Positions 28,793-38,140 of a stretch of 64,000 nt of DNA are shown here, piece after piece (position 1 is the stretch's first letter; the number at the start of each line of letters is the position of its first letter). Location of the stretch: NCBI GenBank assembly GCA_963663385.2, contig CAXXXD010000004.1, positions 320,001 to 384,000 on the forward strand, written 5' to 3'. The translations under genes were made by a program, and so were the position numbers. The stretch comes from Oceanispirochaeta sp. Lineage in GTDB: Bacteria > Spirochaetota > Spirochaetia > DSM-2461. The notes beneath the pieces are model-generated. The model was not told the origin of the DNA. It made no database searches and saw only the letters and a program-made list of their open reading frames with translations.

Positions 28793-28820
28793 AAAAAGCC
28801 ACTCCTCTGGAGTGGCTTTT
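28791..28820 (-). terminator. Intrinsic terminator of the ABC ATPase gene
   Basis: AAAGCCACTCC/GGAGTGGCTTT stem with U7 on the minus strand. Confidence 0.85.
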
Positions 28821-28838
28821 GCTTAAAAGAACAGGATT

Positions 28839-29942
28839 TTAATCTTCTTTGAAAAAGAGAGATCTTTCTGTTTCCAGATCAAAGAAGTGCAGTTTGTCAA
28901 TTCTGGGAGTAAAGTTCACTTCATCGCCTACATTTACCATAACGGTAGGCTCATTCTTGGTTGTAAAAGTATGAGAACCGGTATTGATATGAAGCATGGT
29001 TTCAGCACCAAGAGGTTCAATTACAACAACTTTTGCAACCATGTTGTTTTCAACAGGGGTTGTTGTAAAATCCAGATCTTCAGGTCTGACACCTACAAGC
29101 AGTTCTTTGCCTACGTAAGATTTCAGCACCTCTTTTCTTTCATCTGTAATGGTGACTTTCATACCTTCTTCAGTTACAACAATGTTTCCGCCTTCTTCGG
29201 TGACCTTTGCAACAGCCACGTTCATGGGAGGTGATCCAATGAAACCAGCAACAAATCTGTTAATAGGTTCGTTGTAAAGTTTCAGGGGTGATCCGATCTG
29301 CTGGATAATTCCACCCTTCATAACAACAATTTTGTCACCCATTGTCATAGCTTCAATCTGGTCATGTGTTACATAGATCATTGTAGCAGACAGTCTTGAG
29401 TGAAGAGCACCGATCTCGGCTCTCATCTGTACTCTCAACTTGGCGTCAAGGTTGGAAAGGGGTTCATCAAAAAGGAAAACCTTTGGTTTACGGACAATTG
29501 CACGACCAACCGCAACACGCTGTCTCTGTCCACCGGAAAGGGCTTTGGGCTTTCTTTCGAGGAGTTCTTCAATATCAAGAATCTGTGCAGCTTCTTTTAC
29601 ACGGGAATCTATATCCGCTTTGGGATATTTTCTGATTTTAAGACCAAATGCCATATTGTCGTAAACAGACATATGGGGATACAGAGCATAGTTCTGGAAT
29701 ACCATTGCGATGTCTCTGTCTTTGGGAGCTTCTTCGTTCATTCTCTTTCCATCAATGAGGAGTTCTCCATCACTAATGTCTTCGAGACCTGCAACCATTC
29801 TCAATGTGGTTGATTTTCCACATCCGGAAGGACCTACAAGAACAACAAATTCCTGATCTTTGATGTGGATATTTGCTTTATCCACCGCTTTTACATTGCC
29901 GTCGTAAATTTTCGTGATATCTTTCAAGATAACTTCGGCCAT
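28839..29942 (-). CDS. Sugar ABC transporter ATP-binding protein (MsmX/MalK/UgpC family)
   Basis: [42 protein letters not shown]-terminal TOBE; no permeases adjacent. Confidence 0.95.
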   Translation of the reverse strand: MAEVILKDITKIYDGNVKAVDKANIHIKDQEFVVLVGPSGCGKSTTLRMVAGLEDISDGELLIDGKRMNEEAPKDRDIAMVFQNYALYPHMSVYDNMAFGLKIRKYPKADIDSRVKEAAQILDIEELLERKPKALSGGQRQRVAVGRAIVRKPKVFLFDEPLSNLDAKLRVQMRAEIGALHSRLSATMIYVTHDQIEAMTMGDKIVVMKGGIIQQIGSPLKLYNEPINRFVAGFIGSPPMNVAVAKVTEEGGNIVVTEEGMKVTITDERKEVLKSYVGKELLVGVRPEDLDFTTTPVENNMVAKVVVIEPLGAETMLHINTGSHTFTTKNEPTVMVNVGDEVNFTPRIDKLHFFDLETERSLFFKED

Positions 29943-30015
29943 AGAATACCTCCATGGGTTTATTTTATTAAACGTATCCTATTATAGAAATTCACATATG
30001 TCAAATTAATTCCTT

Positions 30016-30041
30016 AAAGGATCTATGGAAAGGATCTATGG
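30016..30041. repeat. 13-bp tandem direct repeat (AAAGGATCTATGG x2)
   Basis: Exact copies at 30016-30028 and 30029-30041. Confidence 0.9.
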
Positions 30042-30042
30042 G

Positions 30043-31254
30043 TTAGTGAATGAGAAGGGGGTCCGGATTGAGCAGAAGCCACTTTCTGTACTCTTCGCCC
30101 AGATCGGAAGATTGTTCCTCCCCTTTCAGAACCTTTAAGGTATGGGGCAGCAGCAACTCTTGTTTTATCCTTTTCCACTGGGGAACCGGGGTGGATATCC
30201 TGTCAAACTCTCCCGGATAGGGAATATGCTCTTTTAATATGGGGTAGGCTTTGGAAAAAATACTCTCATTGATGGTGTAACTGGCTGAAATCCCTTCCAG
30301 ACCAAACGCTTTGTCACGATTTCTGATAGTGGAATATATGAATGATTCCCAGGTATCCTTTTGTATAAGCCAACTGAGAAGGGCTTCTGCTCCATCGCTG
30401 TTGGGAGCTCCTTCCGGGATGCCGGCCGAGATTATCTGGGTGGGTTGAAGCCGCCCGGAAACAGTAAAAAGTTTGAAGGACAGCTTGTGAGTAATACTGT
30501 CTGTCAGCAGTAAATAATCGGAAAGCTTCATAATGCAGAATCCGATTCTATCGCTGCTTAGCAGCCTGTAATCCGGAATATACATGTATTTTTCCATAAA
30601 GCGCTCTATCTCAGTGCTTCCGGAATTATTCTCCTCAATCCATTGAGTCAGTTCTCCGGTTTTTTTCAGATAGTAATCGCCCTCTGTCTCCAGGAGGGTT
30701 AAAGTGGAGCCGGATCCGGCTGTAAGATAGGAGAGTATGAAATCGTCTGACCAGAGAGGAGAAAATCCTGTCCTGGTCAGATGGCCGTCGTTATAGCTGT
30801 TGACTGCTGATGCCTCTTCTGAAAGGGTTTTCCAGTCAATGTATTTACCGGCGGATTCCGTGGGGGTACTTCTGACGGCAAGGGGGAGTCCCAGGGAGAG
30901 GGGGATCAGTTTCAGTTCTGTATCAAGAATGCAGGACTGAAGAATCTCAGGGTAGATGCCCTGCAGAAATTCATTCGCCCTGTATTTGTTTAAATTCTTC
31001 ATTAATTCCATGTAGGCCGGAGCGTGTATATCCCGGGCAAGTATAAGATCTGTCGATTCCAGAGAAATGTTTTCCTCCGGATTGTTGAGGAACAGGGTTT
31101 CTACCGTAAAATCGGATTGATCCGTGTTAAATTGATTCATAAGGATTACCGCTTCGGGTATGTCCGTATATACCACAATATTGGGAGTGTCCTTTTTACA
31201 TGAGACAATCAGAACCGGTATAATAATGCATAAAGCCAGAATTTTTTTGGGCAT
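30043..31254 (-). CDS. Lipoprotein, divergent extracellular solute-binding-protein fold
   Basis: Lipobox LIVSC; IPLSLGLP, AGIPEGAPNSDGAEALLSWL. Confidence 0.65.
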   Translation of the reverse strand: MPKKILALCIIIPVLIVSCKKDTPNIVVYTDIPEAVILMNQFNTDQSDFTVETLFLNNPEENISLESTDLILARDIHAPAYMELMKNLNKYRANEFLQGIYPEILQSCILDTELKLIPLSLGLPLAVRSTPTESAGKYIDWKTLSEEASAVNSYNDGHLTRTGFSPLWSDDFILSYLTAGSGSTLTLLETEGDYYLKKTGELTQWIEENNSGSTEIERFMEKYMYIPDYRLLSSDRIGFCIMKLSDYLLLTDSITHKLSFKLFTVSGRLQPTQIISAGIPEGAPNSDGAEALLSWLIQKDTWESFIYSTIRNRDKAFGLEGISASYTINESIFSKAYPILKEHIPYPGEFDRISTPVPQWKRIKQELLLPHTLKVLKGEEQSSDLGEEYRKWLLLNPDPLLIH

Positions 31255-31260
31255 GATATG

Positions 31261-31311
31261 AATGTATGTAAGTCATAGCGGGTTGTCAATAAGGGACTGG
31301 TAAAGGATAAT
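31261..31311. promoter_or_regulatory. Back-to-back leaderless-type promoters with overlapping -35 hexamers
   Basis: Minus: TTGACA-17-TACATT-6-ATG (31254). Plus: TTGTCA-17-GATAAT-6-GTG (31318). Confidence 0.6.
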
Positions 31312-31317
31312 GGTGCC

Positions 31318-32232
31318 GTGTTATTCAGGCAGTACAGCAGATATCTGAAAGAAAAGTATGGTGAGACGGTTTACCGGATCGGTGTTGACGGCGGATTCTC
31401 CTGTCCCAACAGAGGACCGGATCGTAATGCTCCCGGTTGTTCCTACTGTGATGTTTACGGGGTTCGTTCCGCTTATATCGGAGAAACTCTTCTGTCTCTG
31501 GAGGAGCAGATCCGCAAATCTTCTGCTGTTATGAGGCGAAGGTACAGGGCCGAAAAGTATATTTTATACTTTCAGGCATACTCCAGTACATGGGCTCCGG
31601 TGGATGATCTGAAGAGGATATACGACAAGGGCCTCTCTCTGGCAAACTTCGTAGAGCTGGTTGTCTCCACCAGACCCGATTGTATTGATGAAAAAATCGC
31701 TGATCTGCTTGGATCTTATGTAAGTGATGATTTTGAAGTCTGGGCCGAACTGGGACTTCAGTCTTCCCATAATAAAACCCTTGAACGGATAAACCGCGGA
31801 CACAATGTCAAATCTTTTGAAAAAGCCTATTATCTGCTGCGGAGTCGGGGGGTTAAAGTGGCTGTTCATCTTATTTTCGGTCTGCCGGGGGAGGACCGAA
31901 AGGAAATCCTGGAAACGGTGCGCTATCTCTCCGCTCTTAGACCTGACGGGGTAAAGTTTCATAACCTTCATATCCCCACGGGATCCCCCCTATATAAGGA
32001 GTACGAAGCCGGGGAACTTGCATTTCCCGACAGCTTCAGGCATATGACATATGTGGCGGATGCTCTGGAACTGCTCCCTCCGGATACCATAATCATGCGG
32101 TTAACGACGGACACTCCTCATCAGCGGCATCAGGTTCCCGGTGTTTTCCTTAACAAATCACGGATCTATGATCTCTTGCAAGATGAGCTTAAAAGGAGAG
32201 GGACCTGTCAGGGGTTCCATTATTCCCCGTGA
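31318..32232 (+). CDS. TIGR01212/YhcC-family radical SAM protein
   Basis: DGGFSCPNR...GCSYC, YFQAYS, TRPDC, ELGLQS, INRGH, HLIFGLPGE. Confidence 0.9.
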   Translation: MLFRQYSRYLKEKYGETVYRIGVDGGFSCPNRGPDRNAPGCSYCDVYGVRSAYIGETLLSLEEQIRKSSAVMRRRYRAEKYILYFQAYSSTWAPVDDLKRIYDKGLSLANFVELVVSTRPDCIDEKIADLLGSYVSDDFEVWAELGLQSSHNKTLERINRGHNVKSFEKAYYLLRSRGVKVAVHLIFGLPGEDRKEILETVRYLSALRPDGVKFHNLHIPTGSPLYKEYEAGELAFPDSFRHMTYVADALELLPPDTIIMRLTTDTPHQRHQVPGVFLNKSRIYDLLQDELKRRGTCQGFHYSP

Positions 32233-32316
32233 TTAACTTGCATTTCCTGCTTTTACCATCTTCCTGATTTCCTGTTTTTCAGGTTAAAATACAGTAGTGT
32301 TTCTGGAGGTAGTGAA

Positions 32317-32814
32317 TTGCCGGTCTTTGACTATAATATTTTCGAAAAGCTGGATGAATTAAAAAAACAGTATGAAAGCAATATGAGCAACAGCTTTATC
32401 CGCTCTGCTCTTATCTCACTGGATCTTCCCTATGAAATCCGCAGCGGGATAGAAGGGATTACGGATAAGCTGGATTATAACAAGCAGCAGGGTTACCGTT
32501 TTGAGGAGCTGTATAACGGGATCTACGGAATGGCTCTGTTTATCTATAGAGCCAGGATGGAAGTTGTTCCCGGTCTGAAAAACAGCCGATCCCTGGGTAC
32601 TGTTTCGGATTCTGAAAAAATCCTGGCCAGTATGGCTGCGGAAAACCTTAAGGCGAATCTTAATATACTGGCCGACAGGCTCAATGAGCTCTACCTGAGT
32701 GTCGTCCGGGTTGATGTGGATTCCCATAAAGTTAAAAGCCCTGTCTATAAAAGGATGCCCCAGATGGAAAAGCTGGGACAACTTCTGACGTCTACAGTTC
32801 CCGGGCTTTTCTGA
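32317..32814 (+). CDS. Hypothetical protein (alpha-helical)
   Basis: TTG start with SD GGAGGT; 165-aa ORF with natural composition. Confidence 0.7.
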   Translation: MPVFDYNIFEKLDELKKQYESNMSNSFIRSALISLDLPYEIRSGIEGITDKLDYNKQQGYRFEELYNGIYGMALFIYRARMEVVPGLKNSRSLGTVSDSEKILASMAAENLKANLNILADRLNELYLSVVRVDVDSHKVKSPVYKRMPQMEKLGQLLTSTVPGLF

Positions 32815-33757
32815 GTATTTTCAACGCCCAGGCACAGGCATCCAGAAGGCTTTCATCCAGATGTCCGCGACTCAGTTCTTCAATAGAAGGAAGGAGCTCT
32901 ACCCGTCCTTCAGCTCCCGCTGTCAGTACGGCATTCCGTTTTAAAACCATGGGGCCTATCCAGCTCATTCCCACAGAACTGCCTTTAAACAGGTTGCGGA
33001 TCTCGTCGTCCTCCGCCTTTATCAGGAATTCAAGAGATAACCCGGATGGAATGACTCCTCTTTCCACAGTTCGTCCTTCCGGGATCTTCCTGTTTTTTGG
33101 ACAGACATCCTGACAGATTGTGCATCCGTATATTCTATTCCCCCACTTCTCCTTTATTTCATCCGGAAGGATCCTTTTATCACTGGTCCAGTTCTGCAGG
33201 CATTTTTCCCTGTTAAAACCTTTGTCAGAGAGTGCCCCGGTCGGGCAGGCGGAGGAACAGAGGGTACAGTTTCCGCAGCTTGCAGTTTGTTTTTTTTCCG
33301 GTATATCCGGCAGAGGTACAAAAGGAGGAAGTATCATGCCGGCAATGAGGCATATGCTGCCGAACTCAGGCGTTATAAGGAGGCTGTTTTTCCCTATGTA
33401 TCCTAAACCCGCTTCTGCAGCCATCTGTTTTTCCGGAAGAGTCGAATTGCAGAAAAGTCGGTACTCTCTTTTTTTAAGACTGCACAGAGGGGCTGGTGCC
33501 TGCCTGATAATTTTTTTCATCCTGTCAATCAGGTCTTTGTAATAGTTACAGCAGGCAAAAGGGGCAATTCTGCCGTTTCCACTCTCTGTCCGGTCAGAAT
33601 AGTTGTAAAAGGGAAATACTCCGATTACAATACGGCTATCCCCGGGAAATCCTTCATCCCTCAGTACTTCTGCAGCCAGTTTGCAGCGTTCCGGCAGGAC
33701 CGCGGAATTGAAGAATCCCTGTTCAAGAAAGAGAGGTTTGATATTAATCTCCTGCAG
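32792..33757 (-). CDS. queG: Epoxyqueuosine reductase-like 2x[4Fe-4S] protein, probable CTG start
   Basis: AGLGYIGKNSLLITPEFGS, CGNCTLCSSACPTGAL, YGCTICQDVCP, LKRNA; open frame extends 79 codons upstream of track ATG 33520 to CTG 33757 with AAGGAGGT 5 nt upstream. Confidence 0.8.
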   Translation of the reverse strand: MQEINIKPLFLEQGFFNSAVLPERCKLAAEVLRDEGFPGDSRIVIGVFPFYNYSDRTESGNGRIAPFACCNYYKDLIDRMKKIIRQAPAPLCSLKKREYRLFCNSTLPEKQMAAEAGLGYIGKNSLLITPEFGSICLIAGMILPPFVPLPDIPEKKQTASCGNCTLCSSACPTGALSDKGFNREKCLQNWTSDKRILPDEIKEKWGNRIYGCTICQDVCPKNRKIPEGRTVERGVIPSGLSLEFLIKAEDDEIRNLFKGSSVGMSWIGPMVLKRNAVLTAGAEGRVELLPSIEELSRGHLDESLLDACAWALKILRKAREL

Positions 33758-33793
33758 TTTGGACCTCCTTGTCCGGGGTATCGAATTTGTCCG

Positions 33794-33822
33794 TTGACAG
33801 CAGGTTTAATTTAACCTAAATT
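33794..33822 (+). promoter_or_regulatory. Leaderless-type promoter
   Basis: TTGACA, 17 bp, TAAATT, 6 nt, ATG (33829); no SD. Confidence 0.65.
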
Positions 33823-33828
33823 AAGAGC

Positions 33829-35361
33829 ATGGTCAAAAATGAGCCTCAAGGTTTTCTGGAAAAAATTCTCGGACTTTTCGTTACAATCGGCGATGCAGAC
33901 AAAGACAAACGGCGCCTTCTCAAGGAAATAAAAAAAGATCTCAAGAAGCGGGGTAAATACTTTAAGGTTAAGGGTAATACCGCCCAGCCGGGATTGGCAA
34001 AGCTTTTCTATGATATTTACAAAGTTGTGGGTCCGGCTCAGATCCTTCTGGAATCACTCAAGGATTCCAGTGTCGTCCGGTCTATTATCATAGAGAATTT
34101 CCTTTCTGATCAACAGATAAGCCTTGTTGAATCCCTTAGTGAGTCCAATATAAGGCAGAGATGCGCTTCCGCAAAATCTCTGAAAGATATTCGGGATCAG
34201 ATCAAGGAAGAGCTTATTCAGACTTATACCTTTTTTGATCTGCCTGCTTCCCGTGAAATCAACAGCCTGTATACCTCTCTCATGGTAATGCAGGATTTTA
34301 TCAAATTCGATTACTATTTTCTTCTGAAGAAATTCGATTCGCTTATTCCTGAGCGGGATTTTAAATACAATCCGAAATTCGACAGTATTAATGGTGAATA
34401 TATTCTGGATGATCTGAAAGACTTTGACCAGGTTCTTCCCATGATTAATGAAGGGAATAACTGGGATGTTATTCTGGATGTCCTGACTCAGTACCGGGAT
34501 ATGGAGGTAATCTCCAGGGATGGCTGGAAAAAAGTTCTTCTTTCTGTCAAGGACTTAAAGAAAACTCACATACTCGAGCAGATTATCAAAGTTCTTGATG
34601 ACAATCCGAGCTATACCGTCCTTCCCGAATCCTACTCCTTTGAAATTGTTGAAGATTATCTGGCCGATATTAAAAATACAGCCGAACAGACCCTTATGAG
34701 TATCTTCGGTGAGAGAAAAAAGAACCAGAGAGACTCTCTGCTGATAAATGTGTTTGGAACCGTTTCGGTAGTGAGGATGAAATACTATACCGAGAAAGCC
34801 AATATGGCTTTTTCGAAAAAGGTCGATTCAGGGTTTACCCTGGTGGAGCCTTTGAATTTTCTAAAAGCCTTTTTCCTGGACTATTACAAGGGACCTATCC
34901 GGCAGATGGTTGACCGTCTTCTCATTACAGGAAAATGGTCTTCCAATATTGCTTCCCAGCAGTTTTCCGAATCTTACCATCAGTTGATGTCACTGACAGA
35001 TTCTCTTCTCCAGTTTGATAACTCCCTGGCGGACGAGACAGAGCTGGGAACCAAGCTGAACCGGCTGGTCCGGGCGGCAGACCGGGACCGGAACGCTCTG
35101 GATTCCATGAGGAATATTCTGAAGAACGTAAACAGCGAGGCTTCATCCATTTTGAACGAATCTGTTCAGCATCTGCTGACTATCGGCAAGAATCTGAAAC
35201 GCTGTATAGATGATTACAAGGCTCCCAAGCATGAATTAATCGTTAATTGGAAAGAGATTGAGATGATGAGCGATGAGCCTCTTGTCAATCATATGAGTGA
35301 GTTGTATAAAAAGATCTATTATTTTCTGCAGCTGATGCAGTATTATCTGAAAGAGGATTAA
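33829..35361 (+). CDS. Conserved spirochaete helical protein (DUF5312-like)
   Basis: FDYYFLLKKFDS, PLNFLKAF, LIVNWKE motifs recalled from treponemal hypotheticals. Confidence 0.65.
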   Translation: MVKNEPQGFLEKILGLFVTIGDADKDKRRLLKEIKKDLKKRGKYFKVKGNTAQPGLAKLFYDIYKVVGPAQILLESLKDSSVVRSIIIENFLSDQQISLVESLSESNIRQRCASAKSLKDIRDQIKEELIQTYTFFDLPASREINSLYTSLMVMQDFIKFDYYFLLKKFDSLIPERDFKYNPKFDSINGEYILDDLKDFDQVLPMINEGNNWDVILDVLTQYRDMEVISRDGWKKVLLSVKDLKKTHILEQIIKVLDDNPSYTVLPESYSFEIVEDYLADIKNTAEQTLMSIFGERKKNQRDSLLINVFGTVSVVRMKYYTEKANMAFSKKVDSGFTLVEPLNFLKAFFLDYYKGPIRQMVDRLLITGKWSSNIASQQFSESYHQLMSLTDSLLQFDNSLADETELGTKLNRLVRAADRDRNALDSMRNILKNVNSEASSILNESVQHLLTIGKNLKRCIDDYKAPKHELIVNWKEIEMMSDEPLVNHMSELYKKIYYFLQLMQYYLKED

Positions 35362-35367
35362 CTCCCG

Positions 35368-35553
35368 ATGGAAAAGAATAAAGCTCCCAACTGTCTGCGT
35401 TGTGAGCATTTCTTTGTAACATGGGATCGGAATTTCCCAAGAGGATGCCGGGTATTCGGAATTAAAAGCCGTCAGATTCCATCTGTTGAGGTCCGAAAGG
35501 CAACAGGACGGGAATGTCCCAGCTTTAAAGAGTCCTCGCGTCTGAAAAAATAG
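35368..35553 (+). CDS. Small four-cysteine protein (putative Zn or Fe-S binding)
   Basis: NCLRCEHFFVTWD..FPRGCRVFGIKS..PS.EV..ATG.ECPSF; SD GAGG. Confidence 0.75.
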   Translation: MEKNKAPNCLRCEHFFVTWDRNFPRGCRVFGIKSRQIPSVEVRKATGRECPSFKESSRLKK

Positions 35554-35580
35554 AAACTATCTAAGTATTCTGGAGTAAAT

Positions 35581-36690
35581 ATGAGTTTGAATTGCGGTAT
35601 TGTCGGTCTTCCTAATGTGGGTAAGTCTACGATTTTTTCTGCGCTGACAGCAGCGCCGGCTGAGGCTGCCAACTATCCCTTCTGTACAATTGATCCCAAT
35701 GTGGGAATTGTAAGTGTGCCCGATAGACGTCTGGATAAAATAGCCGAACTGATCCCGGCAGAAAAGGTTATCCCCGCAGTAGTGGAATTTGTTGATATTG
35801 CCGGTCTGGTAAAAGGAGCCTCCAAGGGGGAGGGACTGGGAAACAAGTTTCTGGCCAATATCCGGGAAGTGGGGATGATTGTGCATGTGGTACGCTGTTT
35901 CGAAAATCCTGATATTGTCCATGTTGAGAACCGGATCAATCCTTCTGATGATATTGAAGTTATCAATATCGAACTGGCCCTTGCTGATATGGGAACGGTA
36001 GAGAACCGCATAACCAAGAATGAACGGTTTACCAGGAGCGGGGACAAGAATATCCGTGAAAATGCCCTGAAAATGAAACCCCTGCTGGAGAGGTTGAGAG
36101 ATCATCTGGGAGAGGGGAATCCGGCTCGCCGGATGGATTTGACGGATGATGAAAAAGCGCTGATTACAGATCTTCATCTGATTACTATGAAAAAGCAGAT
36201 CTACCTGTGCAATGTGGACGAAGACGGTCTGGATGGTGATAACGACTATGTAAAACAGGTTCGTGAAATCGCCGATGCGGACGGTGCCGAAACTGTTGTC
36301 CTGTGCGGTAAACTTGAAGCAGATATAGCTGCTCTGGATGATCCGGAAGAGAGGGCTGTATTTCTGGAGGAAGCAGGGCTGGAAGAGTCCGGGCTGTCCC
36401 GTCTGATCAAGACAACTTATAAAACTCTGGGACTGAGGACCTTTTTTACCGTTGGCGGTAAGGAGAATAAAGCCTGGACTTTTCATGAAGGGATGCTGGC
36501 GCCTCAGACAGCGGGGGTGATCCATACGGATTTTGAAAAGGGCTTCATCAAGGCCGAAGTCTACCACTGTGACGACCTGTTTGAGGCTGGAACGGAAGCT
36601 GCCATTAAATCCGCCGGCAAGCTGAGAGTGGAAGGCAAAAGCTATGCCGTTCAGGACGGGGACTGTATATTCTTCAAGTTTAATGTTTAG
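35581..36690 (+). CDS. ychF: Redox-regulated ATPase YchF
   Basis: GIVGLPNVGKST, ANYPFCTIDPN, DIAGLVKGASKGEGLGNKFL, IHTDFEKGFIKAEV. Confidence 0.97.
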   Translation: MSLNCGIVGLPNVGKSTIFSALTAAPAEAANYPFCTIDPNVGIVSVPDRRLDKIAELIPAEKVIPAVVEFVDIAGLVKGASKGEGLGNKFLANIREVGMIVHVVRCFENPDIVHVENRINPSDDIEVINIELALADMGTVENRITKNERFTRSGDKNIRENALKMKPLLERLRDHLGEGNPARRMDLTDDEKALITDLHLITMKKQIYLCNVDEDGLDGDNDYVKQVREIADADGAETVVLCGKLEADIAALDDPEERAVFLEEAGLEESGLSRLIKTTYKTLGLRTFFTVGGKENKAWTFHEGMLAPQTAGVIHTDFEKGFIKAEVYHCDDLFEAGTEAAIKSAGKLRVEGKSYAVQDGDCIFFKFNV

Positions 36691-36770
36691 GACCCCTCTC
36701 TATTTTCCCCCCACAGGGGAGAAGTAACCCACTATTTGCACCCCTCCTCGGGAGGGGTTGGGGGAGGTCC
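36690..36770. repeat. REP/CIR-like palindromic element (outer stem enclosing two hairpins)
   Basis: GGACC..CTCTC/GGGGGAGGTCC outer arms; inner TTTTCCCC/GGGGAGAA and CCCCTCC/GGAGGGG; single copy in this window. Confidence 0.55.
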
Positions 36771-36777
36771 GGGAAGT

Positions 36778-37944
36778 CTAGAACGCCGGGTCTATGGACA
36801 TGCTGGGTTCGGGGGGCGTAATAAAGAGGGGCTCATCCAGGAGGAAGTCCTCCATCAGATCCGATGAGGGCATCAGGCTCTGGCCTGAAGCCTGCCGGTC
36901 TATCTCCAGGAATATCCGGAAGAAGTAGCGGGACATGGTCAGTTTTTCCAGAAATTCCTTCTGTCTCTTTTCGTAGATCTGCAGGGTTCTGACAGTTGTT
37001 TCGGATAGTTCTTTCCTGACCTGGTCGGACCGGTCCATAATGATCGTCAGATCGTAAAGTGTGTAGAAGATGTGCTCCATCATGGGGAGTCTGGAGCGGA
37101 GACGGATAATTCCATTACTCAGGGAAATCTTGTCACGTGTGGCTTCTCCCATGGTAACGGATTCGTTTTCTTCAATAATCCGTTCCCACTTCTGAAAGAT
37201 ATCCCGTTTGGAGCTTAGCTCCGCATAGGTTTCGAGGAAGCCGGGAGCGCTCTGAAGGTATCTGTCTGAATAATATTCCAGTGAAACGGCTCCGTTGATC
37301 AGGAGGGCATCCAGTCTGGCTTTCTGCCAATCCTTAATATAGGCTTCGATACTTCCCGGATCCAGATTTTTTACATATGTTGTGTTTGAAGTATCTTTTT
37401 CATAGATACTTCCCGGCTGTATATATTCATCACTCCCGTCTGTGGTGCATTGAACTCTCCCTTCCCGGCATGTCACCAGGAGAGAGGTGTCAGGGGCTGT
37501 TATAACGGAGAATACAGTTCCCCGGACGCCCATTACGGAGGAATCCGTTTTAATGTTCAACTGACTGCCTGTAATCAGGGCGGCAGCCCTTGTCTGAATG
37601 GCTCCTCTATGCAGGTTAAGAGTTGTTTGCGGGGACTGCTTCTTTATGGCATGTTCCATAAAAAGGGTAGAGTCCTCCATTACCCGAACATATACTTCCT
37701 GGGATACAGGTGTTTCCACCAGAATCTCAAGGTATCCGTCCGGACCGGTTTGTATTATATCGTAGGGAAAAATCTCTGTTCCGTAGTCTATATCATCTTC
37801 ATTCAGGAACTCTCCGTTTCTTGAAATGGATAAAGATCCGTCCAGATCGACTATTTCCGCCCGGATTTCCGATACCGCCGGAAAAACAGCTAGAATCAAC
37901 AGTGCAATAGAAAACAGTATTATTTGAAAAATGTATTTCTTCAT
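36778..37944 (-). CDS. Secreted FecR-domain protein with helical C-terminal domain
   Basis: Signal peptide; DIIQTGPDGYLEI, IKTDSSVMGVRGTVFSV, VTCREGRV; promoter TTGATA-17-TATATT upstream. Confidence 0.8.
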   Translation of the reverse strand: MKKYIFQIILFSIALLILAVFPAVSEIRAEIVDLDGSLSISRNGEFLNEDDIDYGTEIFPYDIIQTGPDGYLEILVETPVSQEVYVRVMEDSTLFMEHAIKKQSPQTTLNLHRGAIQTRAAALITGSQLNIKTDSSVMGVRGTVFSVITAPDTSLLVTCREGRVQCTTDGSDEYIQPGSIYEKDTSNTTYVKNLDPGSIEAYIKDWQKARLDALLINGAVSLEYYSDRYLQSAPGFLETYAELSSKRDIFQKWERIIEENESVTMGEATRDKISLSNGIIRLRSRLPMMEHIFYTLYDLTIIMDRSDQVRKELSETTVRTLQIYEKRQKEFLEKLTMSRYFFRIFLEIDRQASGQSLMPSSDLMEDFLLDEPLFITPPEPSMSIDPAF

Positions 37945-38077
37945 GTGTTCCTCAATTCAGGGCTCACCTTTAATATAAACCTGTTCACTAAGATTATCAA
38001 TTAATTAGCCCGTTAAATTCTTCTCCGGATCCTCCGGCAGCTCCTTGTCTGAATCCTGTCGTATCTCTTTTCTCAAT

Positions 38078-38108
38078 AAAAAAAACCGCCCCGGAATGAG
38101 GCGGTTCT
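38078..38108 (-). terminator. Intrinsic terminator after the lipoprotein gene
   Basis: AACCGCC/GGCGGTT stem with long U-tract on the minus strand. Confidence 0.7.
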
Positions 38109-38140
38109 GATCTTTAATATTCTGTTTAAAAACCGGTCTT

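Noticed and set aside
33521..33757. queG as a truncated or frameshifted pseudogene
   Set aside because: The upstream frame is open and preceded by a perfect SD and CTG
35557..36567. 336-aa minus-strand ORF
   Set aside because: Antisense shadow of ychF with no motifs
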